From Minisyncoccota bacterium (GTDB lineage: Bacteria > Patescibacteriota > Minisyncoccia > Phycocordibacterales > UBA9973): 64,000 nt of DNA. The stretch lies in assembly GCA_041657445.1 (NCBI GenBank), contig JBBABV010000001.1, positions 36,783 to 100,782 on the forward strand, given 5' to 3'. Below are positions 1 to 9,834 of this stretch, piece after piece; position 1 is the first letter of the stretch; the number at the start of each line of letters is the position of its first letter. Both the position numbers and the translations under genes were made by a program. Below the pieces are notes generated by a model. The model was not told the DNA's origin. It ran no database searches and worked only from the letters and a program-made list of their open reading frames with translations.

Positions 1-18
1 TTTCAATTTTCATGACTA

Positions 19-1251
19 TCAAATAATTTTATATATATTACCCCTTACTATTGTCATTACTACACTTCCACCAAATGTCATTCCTGTAAATGGAGACCAT
101 TTACACTTTGTCTTCAGTTTTTCTTCCTTGATTGTAATTGACCTTTCTAGATCAAACACAGTAAGTGAACCAATATAGCCTTCCTCTACCTTTCCATATT
201 TATCCTTAGTAAAAGGATTTATAAAACTCGCAGGGTTTTCACTACATATCTTAGCTACATCACTCAGAGAGAAATTATGTTCTTTAACAAGCCAAGAGAC
301 AAATGGTGCATAAGTATCAAGATGAGGCATTCCTGACATTCCTTTTTCTTTTTCTTCCTTGGTGTGAGGAGCATGGTCTGTAGCTAGGTAGTCAATAATT
401 CCATTCTTAAGACAACTAATTAAGAAGAGACGATTTTCTATATCTTCTCTGATAGGAGGATTTACTTGCAACCATTTTTCATTTAGAGGGGAAAGCATGC
501 TCATGTCAAAATATAAATGATGGGGTGTTACTTCTACAGTTACATTAACTCCATCATTTTTTGCTTGAATTATTTTTTCTATCCCTTCTTTTGTGGAACA
601 ATGACAAACCTTACCTTTAAGATTGTATTTTTTGATGAGATATAATGCAAAATCTATTGCTTTTGTTTCTGCTTCTATTGGTCTTTTATTCGCATGACTA
701 GTATTAGATTTACTTTTCTCAAGAATTTCAGGATCTTCACAATGAAAACTAACAAATTTTCCTTGATATTTTTTAATGCTTTCTTCTAGTTCTAGAGAAG
801 AATTAAAAAACAGATCACCAACAGAAGGTCCCATAAATGCTTTATAAGGAACTTCAAATGATAATGGTTTAGTACTTGGTCCTATCCCTGCATAAAGGAT
901 TACATCAATAGGGGATTTGCTTTTTAGATTTTCTTTATCTCTATAACTAGTATCATCTACAGGTGCAACAGGATTGTTTGGCATATCAGCTATAGCTACT
1001 ACTCCACCATTTATTCCTGCTTCTCCTGCTGTCCTAAAATCCTCTTTATAATCTTGACTATGATTAGTGCATTCTCTGCAGTGAGTGTGAATATCTATAA
1101 AGCCAGAAAATATATATTCATCATTAAAAATGATATCAGCACATCCTGTTGGTGTAGAAATTTTAGTGATAAGTCCATTTGAATTATCAATTTCTATCCT
1201 ACTTCTCTTAATTTCTTTACTATTAACTATTTTTCCTTCTATTGAAAGCAT
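19..1251 (-). CDS. pyrC: Dihydroorotase-like cyclic amidohydrolase (PyrC family)
   Basis: 410 aa. Metal-binding signatures of the amidohydrolase fold: DIHTHCRE near the N-terminus and ATDHAPH near the C-terminus. Assignment to DHOase rather than allantoinase or dihydropyrimidinase is by size and motifs only. Confidence 0.65.
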   Translation of the reverse strand: MLSIEGKIVNSKEIKRSRIEIDNSNGLITKISTPTGCADIIFNDEYIFSGFIDIHTHCRECTNHSQDYKEDFRTAGEAGINGGVVAIADMPNNPVAPVDDTSYRDKENLKSKSPIDVILYAGIGPSTKPLSFEVPYKAFMGPSVGDLFFNSSLELEESIKKYQGKFVSFHCEDPEILEKSKSNTSHANKRPIEAETKAIDFALYLIKKYNLKGKVCHCSTKEGIEKIIQAKNDGVNVTVEVTPHHLYFDMSMLSPLNEKWLQVNPPIREDIENRLFLISCLKNGIIDYLATDHAPHTKEEKEKGMSGMPHLDTYAPFVSWLVKEHNFSLSDVAKICSENPASFINPFTKDKYGKVEEGYIGSLTVFDLERSITIKEEKLKTKCKWSPFTGMTFGGSVVMTIVRGNIYKII

Positions 1252-1271
1252 ATTATTACTAATTATTATAT

Positions 1272-1300
1272 AAACAAAAAAATAACCCCTCTGTGGGGTT
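1272..1300 (-). terminator. Rho-independent terminator downstream of the putative restriction endonuclease gene
   Basis: Minus-strand hairpin AACCCC-acaga-GGGGTT (1284-1300) followed by the T-run ATTTTTTTG (1272-1283 as read on the minus strand). Confidence 0.55.
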
Positions 1301-1433
1301 TTGAATTAAAATATAAAAAAAAGAAATTATGTCGGCTCTCTTATTAGTTTTTCTTCTTTTATACATTGATATGAATCATAACATTTTTTATTTTTTAGGC
1401 AAGGGTATCGTAAGAATTATTTAGTATTTTCAT

Positions 1434-2594
1434 TTAGTCTAATCTTTTATTAAAAATAATAAAATTATCAATATCTTTTTTCTTTATTTGTATTTTCATT
1501 TTTCTTTCTCTATTATTACTGTTTCTTCCTTGAGACATATCTGAAATGTGCTTAAGATTATACTTATTTATCTCTAAAATTTTAACATTGGATAATTGAA
1601 TAGAATACTTCATTCTTGTTGCATAACTTAGTGGATTTTCCTTATTTAGCAATTTATTCCAATATCCTGTAACGGCATTTTCATAATCCTTATCCATTTT
1701 CGTTTTGTGATAATACACGATGTACCAAAATTTTTTGTGTAAATTTATTGCTTGTAAAAAATTAATTTTATCATTACCTAGTATTGAATTACTTTTTTCT
1801 GAATGCATTTTGAGATCTCCTAGATATCCATTTGAAAATTCTAAATCAAAATCCAAATTACCCTTTTTCTTTTTGGAAACAAATCTGCAGATTTTCTTTG
1901 AATTTTCATTCTTATTTAAAAAATTTTCAAATTTAAATTCAAGATAAAAACCAGGCCACTCTGACTGAGCCTTGTTTCTATAATTTGCATCAAACATTTC
2001 CGTGTAACATTCTTTTCCTTCCCATTTGACAGGAAGAGAGGAAGAAAAATTGTCAAAAAGTTTTATTTCATTTTGAAGTTCATTTTTATTTTTTGAAAGC
2101 AAATTTTTTACATATTTTTCTAGTTTATCTTCTCTTACAACTGCTATTTTATTTTCCCTAGAATCCATTTTCTCAAATATCCCATATTCCATAGCCTTTT
2201 GCAGATCAATCGTGTGTATATGAGCAGATGAATTGTTTAGTTTATTAGTTTTGTATTTTTTTGTATCAAAAAACACAAATATATTATTGGTTTTGTAACT
2301 ATATATACCCATAAGTAAAGCACCATCTATAAGCGGTTCTTTCCACTTCGTTGGGATTTGTATTCTTTTTTTAAAAACTAAATGAGGATGACCTAAATAA
2401 GTTATTTGTTTTATACATAAAGTAAAATTTTTGCTGGCTAGTTTACAAGAATACGGATTCTTGTTTTTAATGATTTCAAAATGCCTCGTCAATATAACTC
2501 TAATTTCTTTCTGTTTTAATTTTTTATCAAAATCCACCACGATCCTACCATCTAAATTTATTTGCTCTACTTTTTTCATAGTCTTATTTTTCAA
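1434..2594 (-). CDS. Putative Type II restriction endonuclease (partner of the adjacent C5-MTase); no recognisable family
   Basis: 386-aa ORF overlapping the methyltransferase gene by 11 nt on the same strand, which suggests translational coupling. Lys-rich with no methyltransferase or other known motifs. A possible PD-(D/E)XK-like stretch is LDFDLEF...GDLK. The assignment rests mainly on context. Confidence 0.45.
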   Translation of the reverse strand: MKNKTMKKVEQINLDGRIVVDFDKKLKQKEIRVILTRHFEIIKNKNPYSCKLASKNFTLCIKQITYLGHPHLVFKKRIQIPTKWKEPLIDGALLMGIYSYKTNNIFVFFDTKKYKTNKLNNSSAHIHTIDLQKAMEYGIFEKMDSRENKIAVVREDKLEKYVKNLLSKNKNELQNEIKLFDNFSSSLPVKWEGKECYTEMFDANYRNKAQSEWPGFYLEFKFENFLNKNENSKKICRFVSKKKKGNLDFDLEFSNGYLGDLKMHSEKSNSILGNDKINFLQAINLHKKFWYIVYYHKTKMDKDYENAVTGYWNKLLNKENPLSYATRMKYSIQLSNVKILEINKYNLKHISDMSQGRNSNNRERKMKIQIKKKDIDNFIIFNKRLD

Positions 2595-3837
2595 GCATCA
2601 TTTTCAGTAATTCTTTAACTACTTTGATATTGACCGCATTACCTAATTGCTTCAATGCAGTATTTTTGTCTTCGTGCAATATAAAATTTTTTCTAAAAGA
2701 CTGAAGTTTCTTCAATTCTTCGGGGTGGGCTTTTCTTAATAGTTTTCCGATAATTTGGTTGTGATTCATTGCAACTAGTGTAGAAAAATAATTTGGCCTC
2801 TTAACTCTAACTCCAGAAGGTCTGAATTGAATGAGTGAATCATATATATCATGTATATCATTTCCTGCTTGCCATTCAAATTTTCTATGTGTTTCTTTTA
2901 CCCAAGTAAGATTTTTGTATTTTTTGAGCCATCTATCTACAAATTTTTTATTTCTTTTATAGAGTTCAATGTTTTTGATAATAAAATCTTGTTTCCATTT
3001 TGGAAATTTCTTTATCTTTGTGACATCTTCCTTAAAATAATCACTCCACACTGGGAAACCTATTATTTTTAAATCAATGTTTAAATAAAACTCATTCCAC
3101 ATTTTGATTACTTTTTTTTCATATTCTGATATTTCAGATGTCTTGTTATTAAATTTTTCACTTATTATTGAATAGGCATTTAAATTACTATTACATTTTT
3201 TTGTAACTAAAAAATTAAATTTCTCTTCATAGTTGCCGTATTTTTTTAACACACCAGGAATATATATTCTTTTTCGTAAAACAGGTATTCCAAACTGATT
3301 TGGACTCAAGATGATAGGTTTTTTCGGAATGGAATAACCGAGTTTTTCCAATGTTTCAGTAATTATCTTATATGTATTTCCTTTGTCATGAGAGACAAGA
3401 TTTGAGACATTTTCTAGAAGAAAGTATTTTGGTTTGTGATGCTTTAATATTCTCACTATATCAAAAAACAAAGTTCCTCTCATATCTTTAAATCCTTTTC
3501 TTTGTCCTCCTTTTGAAAATGGTTGACAAGGAAACCCTGCAAACAATATATCATGAGAAGGTATATCCTTTTCTCTCACTTTTGTTATATCTCCAGCAGG
3601 AATTATATTGAAGTTATTTTTATAAACCTTTTGACATTCTTCGTCCCATTCAGAAGCAAATACACATTTTCCGCCAAAGTCTGCTATTGCCTCATGGAAT
3701 CCTCCTATACCAGCAAAAAGATCTATGAATTCATATTTCTCTGTTTTATTGTTCTCCTTTTTTTGAACAGGAAAATTTAATCCTAGTTTTAGGGTGCCAA
3801 TATCAGAAAAATCTTGTGTATTATTATTCATTTTCAT
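2584..3837 (-). CDS. DNA (cytosine-5)-methyltransferase (Type II R-M modification subunit)
   Basis: 417 aa with the canonical m5C-MTase motifs: motif I FAGIGGF, motif IV GFPCQPFS (catalytic Cys), motif VI ENV, and a C-terminal motif X QLGNAVN. A variable target-recognition region lies between them. Confidence 0.9.
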   Translation of the reverse strand: MKMNNNTQDFSDIGTLKLGLNFPVQKKENNKTEKYEFIDLFAGIGGFHEAIADFGGKCVFASEWDEECQKVYKNNFNIIPAGDITKVREKDIPSHDILFAGFPCQPFSKGGQRKGFKDMRGTLFFDIVRILKHHKPKYFLLENVSNLVSHDKGNTYKIITETLEKLGYSIPKKPIILSPNQFGIPVLRKRIYIPGVLKKYGNYEEKFNFLVTKKCNSNLNAYSIISEKFNNKTSEISEYEKKVIKMWNEFYLNIDLKIIGFPVWSDYFKEDVTKIKKFPKWKQDFIIKNIELYKRNKKFVDRWLKKYKNLTWVKETHRKFEWQAGNDIHDIYDSLIQFRPSGVRVKRPNYFSTLVAMNHNQIIGKLLRKAHPEELKKLQSFRKNFILHEDKNTALKQLGNAVNIKVVKELLKMMLEK

Positions 3838-3981
3838 AATAAGTCCTTTATTTCTTGCTGATAATTATACTTTACATTACTTTTTCTCGCAATTTTTTAT
3901 AATCATATTATATTACATTTGATAAAGTTTTGGTTGCATAGATTACGGAAGGTGATATCATATATATTAAGAATATAATAT

Positions 3982-4278
3982 ATGGAAAACGAAAAAATAA
4001 GAATGAATCGTGAAATTCCAATCAGAGATTCTTCTTCAAGGTATATTAATTATGAAGGGTTAGAGCCCTGGAGAAGTGCATTAAAGAATTCTTCAATAGG
4101 GAAGGAAATAGGGAAGTTTGATAGTTTGATGGTAGAAAAAACAGTAGGTTCATCATTTAAAGGATATAAATTAATTTACAAAAACCAATTAATCAATGGT
4201 GAAAATGTAAATGTGTATATTAAGGAAGACAACAAAGAAAAATGGAAGGCGGTTTTTCTTCATTTAATAAATAAATAA
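3982..4278 (+). CDS. Hypothetical small protein (98 aa)
   Basis: ORF only. No motif recognised and no Shine-Dalgarno sequence. It is separated by a single stop codon, in the same frame, from the next gene. Confidence 0.3.
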   Translation: MENEKIRMNREIPIRDSSSRYINYEGLEPWRSALKNSSIGKEIGKFDSLMVEKTVGSSFKGYKLIYKNQLINGENVNVYIKEDNKEKWKAVFLHLINK

Positions 4279-4281
4279 TAT

Positions 4282-4677
4282 ATGGAAACAGGATTTTGGT
4301 ACTTAAATTTAATAAAACCTGAATGGGCACCACCTGCTTGGCTTTTTGGACCTGTATGGACAGTCTTATATATTATCATTTTCATTTCATTTGGATATGT
4401 TTTTTACAAAGTATGGAAGAAGGAATTACCTACAAAAATTGCTATTCCTTTTACTTTAAATCTTTTATTTAATTTCGCTTTTAGTCCTATCCAATTTGGC
4501 TTACAAAACAATGTGCTAGCTGGAATAGATATAATCTTTATTTTAATTACCTTGATTTGGATAATTGTAGTAATTTATAAAAAAATAAAATGGGTAGCAC
4601 TTGCCAATGTGCCTTATCTTATTTGGGTTTCCTTTGCTACTATTTTACAACTTACTATTACATATCTTAACTGGTAA
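4282..4677 (+). CDS. TspO/MBR (tryptophan-rich sensory protein) family membrane protein, N-terminally short
   Basis: The TspO loop-1 signature LIKPEWAPPAWLFGPVWTVLY and the C-terminal VPYLIWVSFAT...LN match the family consensus. At 131 aa it lacks the first TM helix of canonical 150-160-aa TspO proteins. Confidence 0.65.
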   Translation: METGFWYLNLIKPEWAPPAWLFGPVWTVLYIIIFISFGYVFYKVWKKELPTKIAIPFTLNLLFNFAFSPIQFGLQNNVLAGIDIIFILITLIWIIVVIYKKIKWVALANVPYLIWVSFATILQLTITYLNW

Positions 4678-4746
4678 GTTTGATTTTTTCCTAAAAATCT
4701 ACTATTGTAGGACAAATAGTCATTTAAAAATAAAAAGGGAGGAAAA

Positions 4747-4929
4747 ATGAAAACTCGATATGTTGAGTTTTTTTTATTCCTGGGGTATTTATCTAGATTT
4801 ATAATTACCCCACTTTTTTTTACAGTAGCCCTCCTGGGCTACTGGTTTCAAATAGAGTTTATCGTTATCGCCACTCCTGTGGTGATATATATTGTATGGT
4901 CCATTCCATTTATTATGGACCATACATAG
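4747..4929 (+). CDS. Hypothetical small membrane protein (60 aa, two hydrophobic helices)
   Basis: A strong Shine-Dalgarno-like AGGGAGG sits 4 nt upstream of the ATG. The protein is hydrophobic. Confidence 0.4.
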   Translation: MKTRYVEFFLFLGYLSRFIITPLFFTVALLGYWFQIEFIVIATPVVIYIVWSIPFIMDHT

Positions 4930-4953
4930 GGGCTTCTCTTTGAGAAGTCCTTT

Positions 4954-7518
4954 TTATTGTAAAAATTTATTAATTGCAGTTTTGTCCCTTTTTAGCCATG
5001 CGATATTGTTTTCCATTCTTTCCATAATCTGTTCCAGAGACCTTTCTGTTCCAGGAGCATTGTTTGATTTGAAAAATTGTTGAAATGAGGTAAGATGTTT
5101 TTTTTCTGCACTTCCTGAAATTGCTTTTAGTATTTTTCCAAGTGCGTGTATTCCTTCACCATATCTTGACAAAAGAAGTTTCCAATTTTTCTTTACAAAT
5201 GACCACCATACATCTCTACCATATGGATTCATTCCAACACTAAATAGAATTCCTATAGTGTCTTGATAACGAACATCTGAAGATATAGAAAATTCACAAA
5301 CTTTCCTTAATATCTCTTTCTGCCTAAAATCTCCAAGTGCGTTTCCTATACGATTTTTTTCTTCATGCATGTTTTCATTTTTATACATTTCTATCATTCT
5401 TTTGTATTCCTTCTCTCCTCCATTTGAAGCAATTGTTGTATATATTGCTCCACGAATGTCAGGATGTATTTGCTCACCTTTATTTATCTCTTCCCATAAA
5501 ACTTTTGCTTTTTTAACTACCTCTTTATCTCTTGATCTACCTAGACGATTAATGAGCATAGAACGAAGAAGGGTGTCAGTATTCATTTCATTATCTATCA
5601 CATTCCATCCTAAACGATTTAAACAAGGGGAAAATAATTCTGATATGTATAAATCAAAATCCATTTTAAATGGAGTTTTTGCAATGATTTGCTCAATTTG
5701 AGCAAGCCCTCTACCAATTTCAACCCATACTACATAACTATCTTCATTTTTATATACCTCTAGGAAATCTAACGTAGTTTTTATAGAAATTTTTCCAGCT
5801 TCGGCGAGAGCAAAAAGATCTCTGATTATCCCCAACCTATCATAAGTGGGAAGAATTTTCTTTTTTATAGGGTCCTTTAATTTTTCAAGAAGTTCTTCTG
5901 AGTATAGAGTTCTAAAAAAACCATTCTCTCCTAGATTAATTTTTAACCAGTTGTTTTTATTATCATCCAAATCAATTTCTGTTGTCTTTTTTGAAAAATG
6001 GATTTTTTCTTTTTTTGAATTATTTCCAAGTGAGATAGGGATATACCATATTGTTTTATCATTTCCTTTTTTCTTTGATTCTAGGCTTGCAAAGAATCTT
6101 TCTTGATTTAAAACAAGTTTACCTTTATTACAATTTACTGATACTAAGGGGTATCCACTTTTACTTGTCCAATTCTTCATTATTTTTTTAACTGGCATTT
6201 TAGAAACCTTTTCAAATGCTTCCCATAAATGAATAGTTTCTGTGTTTTTGTAACTATGTTTCTTCAAATAATACTTCAATCCTTTTCTAAAATTATCTTC
6301 TCCGAGATATTCTGCAAGCATTGCAATAACTGATGCACCTTTTGAATAAGAAACAGCATCAAATATCTCACCGATTTCATCAGGACTATTAACTTTTACT
6401 TCAATTGGATGAGTATTGAGAAGGGAATCAAGACGAATAGCCACACCGTGTGTATCTGTGATAAATCTTTCCCAGATATTCCATTTAGGAAATATATTAT
6501 GAATAGCAATATAAGGAATATATGAAGCAAAACCTTCATTAAGCCAAAGATGAGTCCACCATTCCATAGTTACTAAATTACCAAACCACTGATGAGCAAT
6601 TTCATGAGCGATAACCTCTGCAATCATTTCTTTTGTTCCAAGCGAGGTATTTTTTTCATCAACAAGAAGCCCTATCTCTCTAAAAGTAATTGCACCCCAA
6701 TTTTCCATTGCTAAAGATGAGAAATCTGGTATTGCAATCATATCAAGAGTAGGAAGTGGATATGGTATATCAAAATACTTATCATAAAATTCTAATACTT
6801 TTATCGTAGTAGAAAGTGCAAATTTTGCTTGATGTAATTTTCCAGGAGTAGTAAATATTCTAACCAAAACATTATTTTTTGTTTTTCCTTCTACATATTC
6901 AAAATTACCTACAATGAATGCTAGAAGGTATGTGGACATCTTCGGAGTAGGAGAGAAATGGACTATTTCATATCCAGCCTCATGCTCTTTTACGGATATT
7001 GGAAGCGTATTTGAGATAGCAGAATGACCTTTAGGCACAACAAGAGAAACATTAAATATTGATTTTTGTGCTGGCTCATCAAAACAAGGAAAAGCCCTTC
7101 TAGCATCTGTAGCCTCAAATTGAGTGGTTGCTATATGTTGTTCTTTGCCTTCTAATTGATATTTACTTCTGTAAAAACCTCTCATTTTGTCATTTAGGAT
7201 TCCTTGAAAGACAATTGTCAATTTGGTTTTTCCTTTCCTTATTTCTTTTTTAAAATGAAATGTTGCAGTTTCGGTTTTTTCATCATAAGTGATCTTGTCT
7301 GTAAATACTTTTTCTTTATAGGAAATTACATTTACAGTTTCAATATCAATATCTTTTGAATGTAGTGTAATTTTTTTTATATCCTTAAGAAGATTAATCA
7401 ATATAGTCTCCTTACCTACAAATGTAAAATTCTGCATATCTGGCTTGAGTTCAATATAGTATTTGATTGGAACAATGTTTTTTGATAATCGTATTCTTTT
7501 GTTTTTAATTTTCTGCAT
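4954..7518 (-). CDS. pepN: Aminopeptidase N (M1 family zinc metallopeptidase)
   Basis: GAMEN-type exopeptidase motif (AMENWG) and the zinc motif HEIAHQWFGNLVT...WLNEGFASY (HEXXH-18-E). I trimmed the start to the ATG at 7518 (MQKIKNK...). The ORF-track extension to 7872 overlaps the divergent scpA start and carries no homology. Confidence 0.9.
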   Translation of the reverse strand: MQKIKNKRIRLSKNIVPIKYYIELKPDMQNFTFVGKETILINLLKDIKKITLHSKDIDIETVNVISYKEKVFTDKITYDEKTETATFHFKKEIRKGKTKLTIVFQGILNDKMRGFYRSKYQLEGKEQHIATTQFEATDARRAFPCFDEPAQKSIFNVSLVVPKGHSAISNTLPISVKEHEAGYEIVHFSPTPKMSTYLLAFIVGNFEYVEGKTKNNVLVRIFTTPGKLHQAKFALSTTIKVLEFYDKYFDIPYPLPTLDMIAIPDFSSLAMENWGAITFREIGLLVDEKNTSLGTKEMIAEVIAHEIAHQWFGNLVTMEWWTHLWLNEGFASYIPYIAIHNIFPKWNIWERFITDTHGVAIRLDSLLNTHPIEVKVNSPDEIGEIFDAVSYSKGASVIAMLAEYLGEDNFRKGLKYYLKKHSYKNTETIHLWEAFEKVSKMPVKKIMKNWTSKSGYPLVSVNCNKGKLVLNQERFFASLESKKKGNDKTIWYIPISLGNNSKKEKIHFSKKTTEIDLDDNKNNWLKINLGENGFFRTLYSEELLEKLKDPIKKKILPTYDRLGIIRDLFALAEAGKISIKTTLDFLEVYKNEDSYVVWVEIGRGLAQIEQIIAKTPFKMDFDLYISELFSPCLNRLGWNVIDNEMNTDTLLRSMLINRLGRSRDKEVVKKAKVLWEEINKGEQIHPDIRGAIYTTIASNGGEKEYKRMIEMYKNENMHEEKNRIGNALGDFRQKEILRKVCEFSISSDVRYQDTIGILFSVGMNPYGRDVWWSFVKKNWKLLLSRYGEGIHALGKILKAISGSAEKKHLTSFQQFFKSNNAPGTERSLEQIMERMENNIAWLKRDKTAINKFLQ

Positions 7519-7567
7519 TTTGAAAGTATATATTTTTTTGGTCAAAAATGCTATTATTATATTTATA

Positions 7568-8305
7568 ATGGAATCAGTAATCAATGAAAATAAATACAAG
7601 GTAAGGACCTCAAGTTTTGAAGGTCCTTTTAGTGTTCTTCTCTCTTTAGTGGAAGAGAAAAAGTTACATATAAATGATCTTTCTTTAGCACAAGTAACGG
7701 AAGACTTTATTAGACACATAAGCACTGTAGATAAAGCAGATAATACTGAAGTTTCTAGTTTTATGATAGTTGCATCTACCCTCATACTAATTAAATCTAA
7801 ATCCTTACTTCCAAATCTTCCACTTTCAGAAGATGAAGAGAAGGATATAAACAATCTTACAAATAGACTCAAGCTTTATGAAATTTATACAAATCTAGGA
7901 GAAGACATCAGAAAAAAATTTGGAAAAAGTATAATATTTTCTCCACTTGAAAAAAGGCAAGAATCTGTAGTCTTTCTTCCTGATTCACAAATAACAAAAG
8001 AAAGTATGATGATTCTTATAGACGGAGCACTTGGAAGAATGCCTAAAAAAGAATTTTTGCCAAAAATTGAAGTGAAGAAAGTGATAAGTATTGAGGAAAT
8101 GATATATAATCTTACAGAGAGAATAAAAAAGTCAGTAACAATTAGTTTTAAGGAATTAAATGGGAAAATTGTCACAAAAGAAGAAAAAATTAATGCTATC
8201 GTTTCTTTTCTTGCTATGCTTGAATTAGTTAGAGAAGGGATATTGTCAGTATTACAAGAAAATAACTTTCAAGATATAATAATTCAAAAAACAAACAACT
8301 TATGA
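7568..8305 (+). CDS. scpA: Segregation and condensation protein A (kleisin ScpA)
   Basis: N-terminal FEGPFSVLLSLVEEKKLHINDLSLAQVTEDF matches the ScpA consensus and the gene is followed by scpB. I moved the start to the internal ATG at 7568. Confidence 0.8.
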   Translation: MESVINENKYKVRTSSFEGPFSVLLSLVEEKKLHINDLSLAQVTEDFIRHISTVDKADNTEVSSFMIVASTLILIKSKSLLPNLPLSEDEEKDINNLTNRLKLYEIYTNLGEDIRKKFGKSIIFSPLEKRQESVVFLPDSQITKESMMILIDGALGRMPKKEFLPKIEVKKVISIEEMIYNLTERIKKSVTISFKELNGKIVTKEEKINAIVSFLAMLELVREGILSVLQENNFQDIIIQKTNNL

Positions 8306-8877
8306 ATATAGAACAAAAAATAGAAGCAATACTTTTTTGGAAAGGGGAACCATTATCAAGAAAAAAACTTTCTGAAATTCTAGATGTTAGTTCTGAAGAT
8401 ATAGAAGAAGGAATTGATAAACTTAAAGCAATACTTATAGACAGAGGTATTGTTTTACAGGAGAATGATAAAGAAATAGCACTTGGCACTACCCCCGAAC
8501 TGTCATCGCTTTTTGAGAAACTACAGAAAGAAGAACTAAACAAAGATTTATCAAAAGCATCTCTTGAGACTCTTTCAATTATCCTATACAAAAACGGAGC
8601 AAGTAGAGCAGAAATTGATTATATACGGGGAGTAAATTCAAGTTTTATTTTAAGAGCATTATCCGTAAGAGGACTTATCCAAAGAGAAACCGATATGAGT
8701 GATAATAGGCGATATATATATAAACCAACTTTTGATTTACTTTCATACTTAGGAGTGAAATCTGTAGAAGAGCTACCTAACTACAAAAAAACTCTTCAAT
8801 TACTTATGGATGCAGATAGAAATCTTGAGGAAGAGAAAAAGGATAAAGATTTAGAAGATACTAGTATTATAGAATAG
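8302..8877 (+). CDS. scpB: Segregation and condensation protein B (ScpB)
   Basis: 191 aa with two winged-helix repeats (ILFWKGEPLSRKKLSEIL and IDYIRGVNSSFILRALSVRGLI). It overlaps the scpA stop. Confidence 0.8.
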   Translation: MNIEQKIEAILFWKGEPLSRKKLSEILDVSSEDIEEGIDKLKAILIDRGIVLQENDKEIALGTTPELSSLFEKLQKEELNKDLSKASLETLSIILYKNGASRAEIDYIRGVNSSFILRALSVRGLIQRETDMSDNRRYIYKPTFDLLSYLGVKSVEELPNYKKTLQLLMDADRNLEEEKKDKDLEDTSIIE

Positions 8878-8878
8878 T

Positions 8879-9775
8879 ATGAAAAATGAATATGAAAGAG
8901 GACTAGTGACTACTCTTGCTATACTTATTATTTTTAGTAGTTTTTTCTTTTACAATGAATGGAAGATTGAAAAAGAAATTGAAGAAAAAAGGGTAACAGA
9001 GGAAGAAAGATTAAATATCATAAGAAATACACTTGAATCACTTACCATATCAGCAAAGGCAATATCAGTGTATGATGATACCGATTCAGTTAAAATTTAT
9101 GGGAAAAATGATGATAAAGTATTACCTATAGCTTCGCTAGTAAAGACTCTTACTATCCTTACTTCTCTCAAAGAAAATGGAACTGAAAAAGTAGTATCTA
9201 TTACACCTTCTGCTATTGCTCAAAATGGAGATTTTGGGTTGTTTGTAAATGAAAAATGGAGAATAGGGGATCTTTCAAAACTTACAATAATTAGTTCTGC
9301 TAATGATGGAGCATTTATTCTTTCAGAGATTAGTGACGATTTTATGGAGAAGATGAGAATAACTGCAAATGAAGTAGGAATGAAGGATTTTCTGATTTTA
9401 AATTCTACCGGATTAGATATTCTTACAAGTAATTCAAAATCAGGTGCTAGTGCAAGAGCAGAGGATATAAACAAACTAAATCTCTTTGCACTTTGGCATT
9501 ATCCTAGAATATTTATTTCTTCATCACTTTCAAACTTAAATTTAGTATCAGAATCTGGATTCTCTCACAATGCTACAAATACAAATTTAATGATAGGCAA
9601 GATACCCAACCTTCTTTTTTCAAAGACAGGTAACACAGAACTAGCAGGAGGAAATCTATCTATTATATTTAAAGACAAGAGAGAGCACATCATTGCTATC
9701 ACTATTCTTGGTTCTACATCAATGGGTAGATTTACTGATATGGAAAAAATCATTGCAGTGTTATCTTTTTTTTAA
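8879..9775 (+). CDS. Serine-type D-Ala-D-Ala carboxypeptidase (peptidase S11 / low-MW PBP)
   Basis: Carries the SxxK motif (ASLVKT), the SxN motif (SAND) and the KTG motif (KTGNT), plus an N-terminal hydrophobic anchor. Confidence 0.7.
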   Translation: MKNEYERGLVTTLAILIIFSSFFFYNEWKIEKEIEEKRVTEEERLNIIRNTLESLTISAKAISVYDDTDSVKIYGKNDDKVLPIASLVKTLTILTSLKENGTEKVVSITPSAIAQNGDFGLFVNEKWRIGDLSKLTIISSANDGAFILSEISDDFMEKMRITANEVGMKDFLILNSTGLDILTSNSKSGASARAEDINKLNLFALWHYPRIFISSSLSNLNLVSESGFSHNATNTNLMIGKIPNLLFSKTGNTELAGGNLSIIFKDKREHIIAITILGSTSMGRFTDMEKIIAVLSFF

Positions 9776-9834
9776 GTATTTTGATTTTTATAAATTCTCC
9801 ATCATTTTTTCGATCATTATGTTATAATGTCTAA

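Noticed and set aside
3940-3981. An ATATCATATAT-like motif shared between the region upstream of the 3982 ORF and the HTH-murA palindrome
   Set aside because: In roughly 70% AT sequence, an 11-mer of this composition is expected about once by chance across both strands of 64 kb. There is no further support.
3982-4677. Possible stop-codon read-through joining the 98-aa ORF to the TspO homolog
   Set aside because: The upstream product is hydrophilic and cannot supply the missing TM1. The TAA is clean and there is no slippery context.
7519-7872. 118-aa N-terminal extension of the pepN ORF
   Set aside because: It has no M1-family homology and overlaps the divergent scpA start. The internal ATG at 7518 begins the conserved region, so this is an open-frame artefact.
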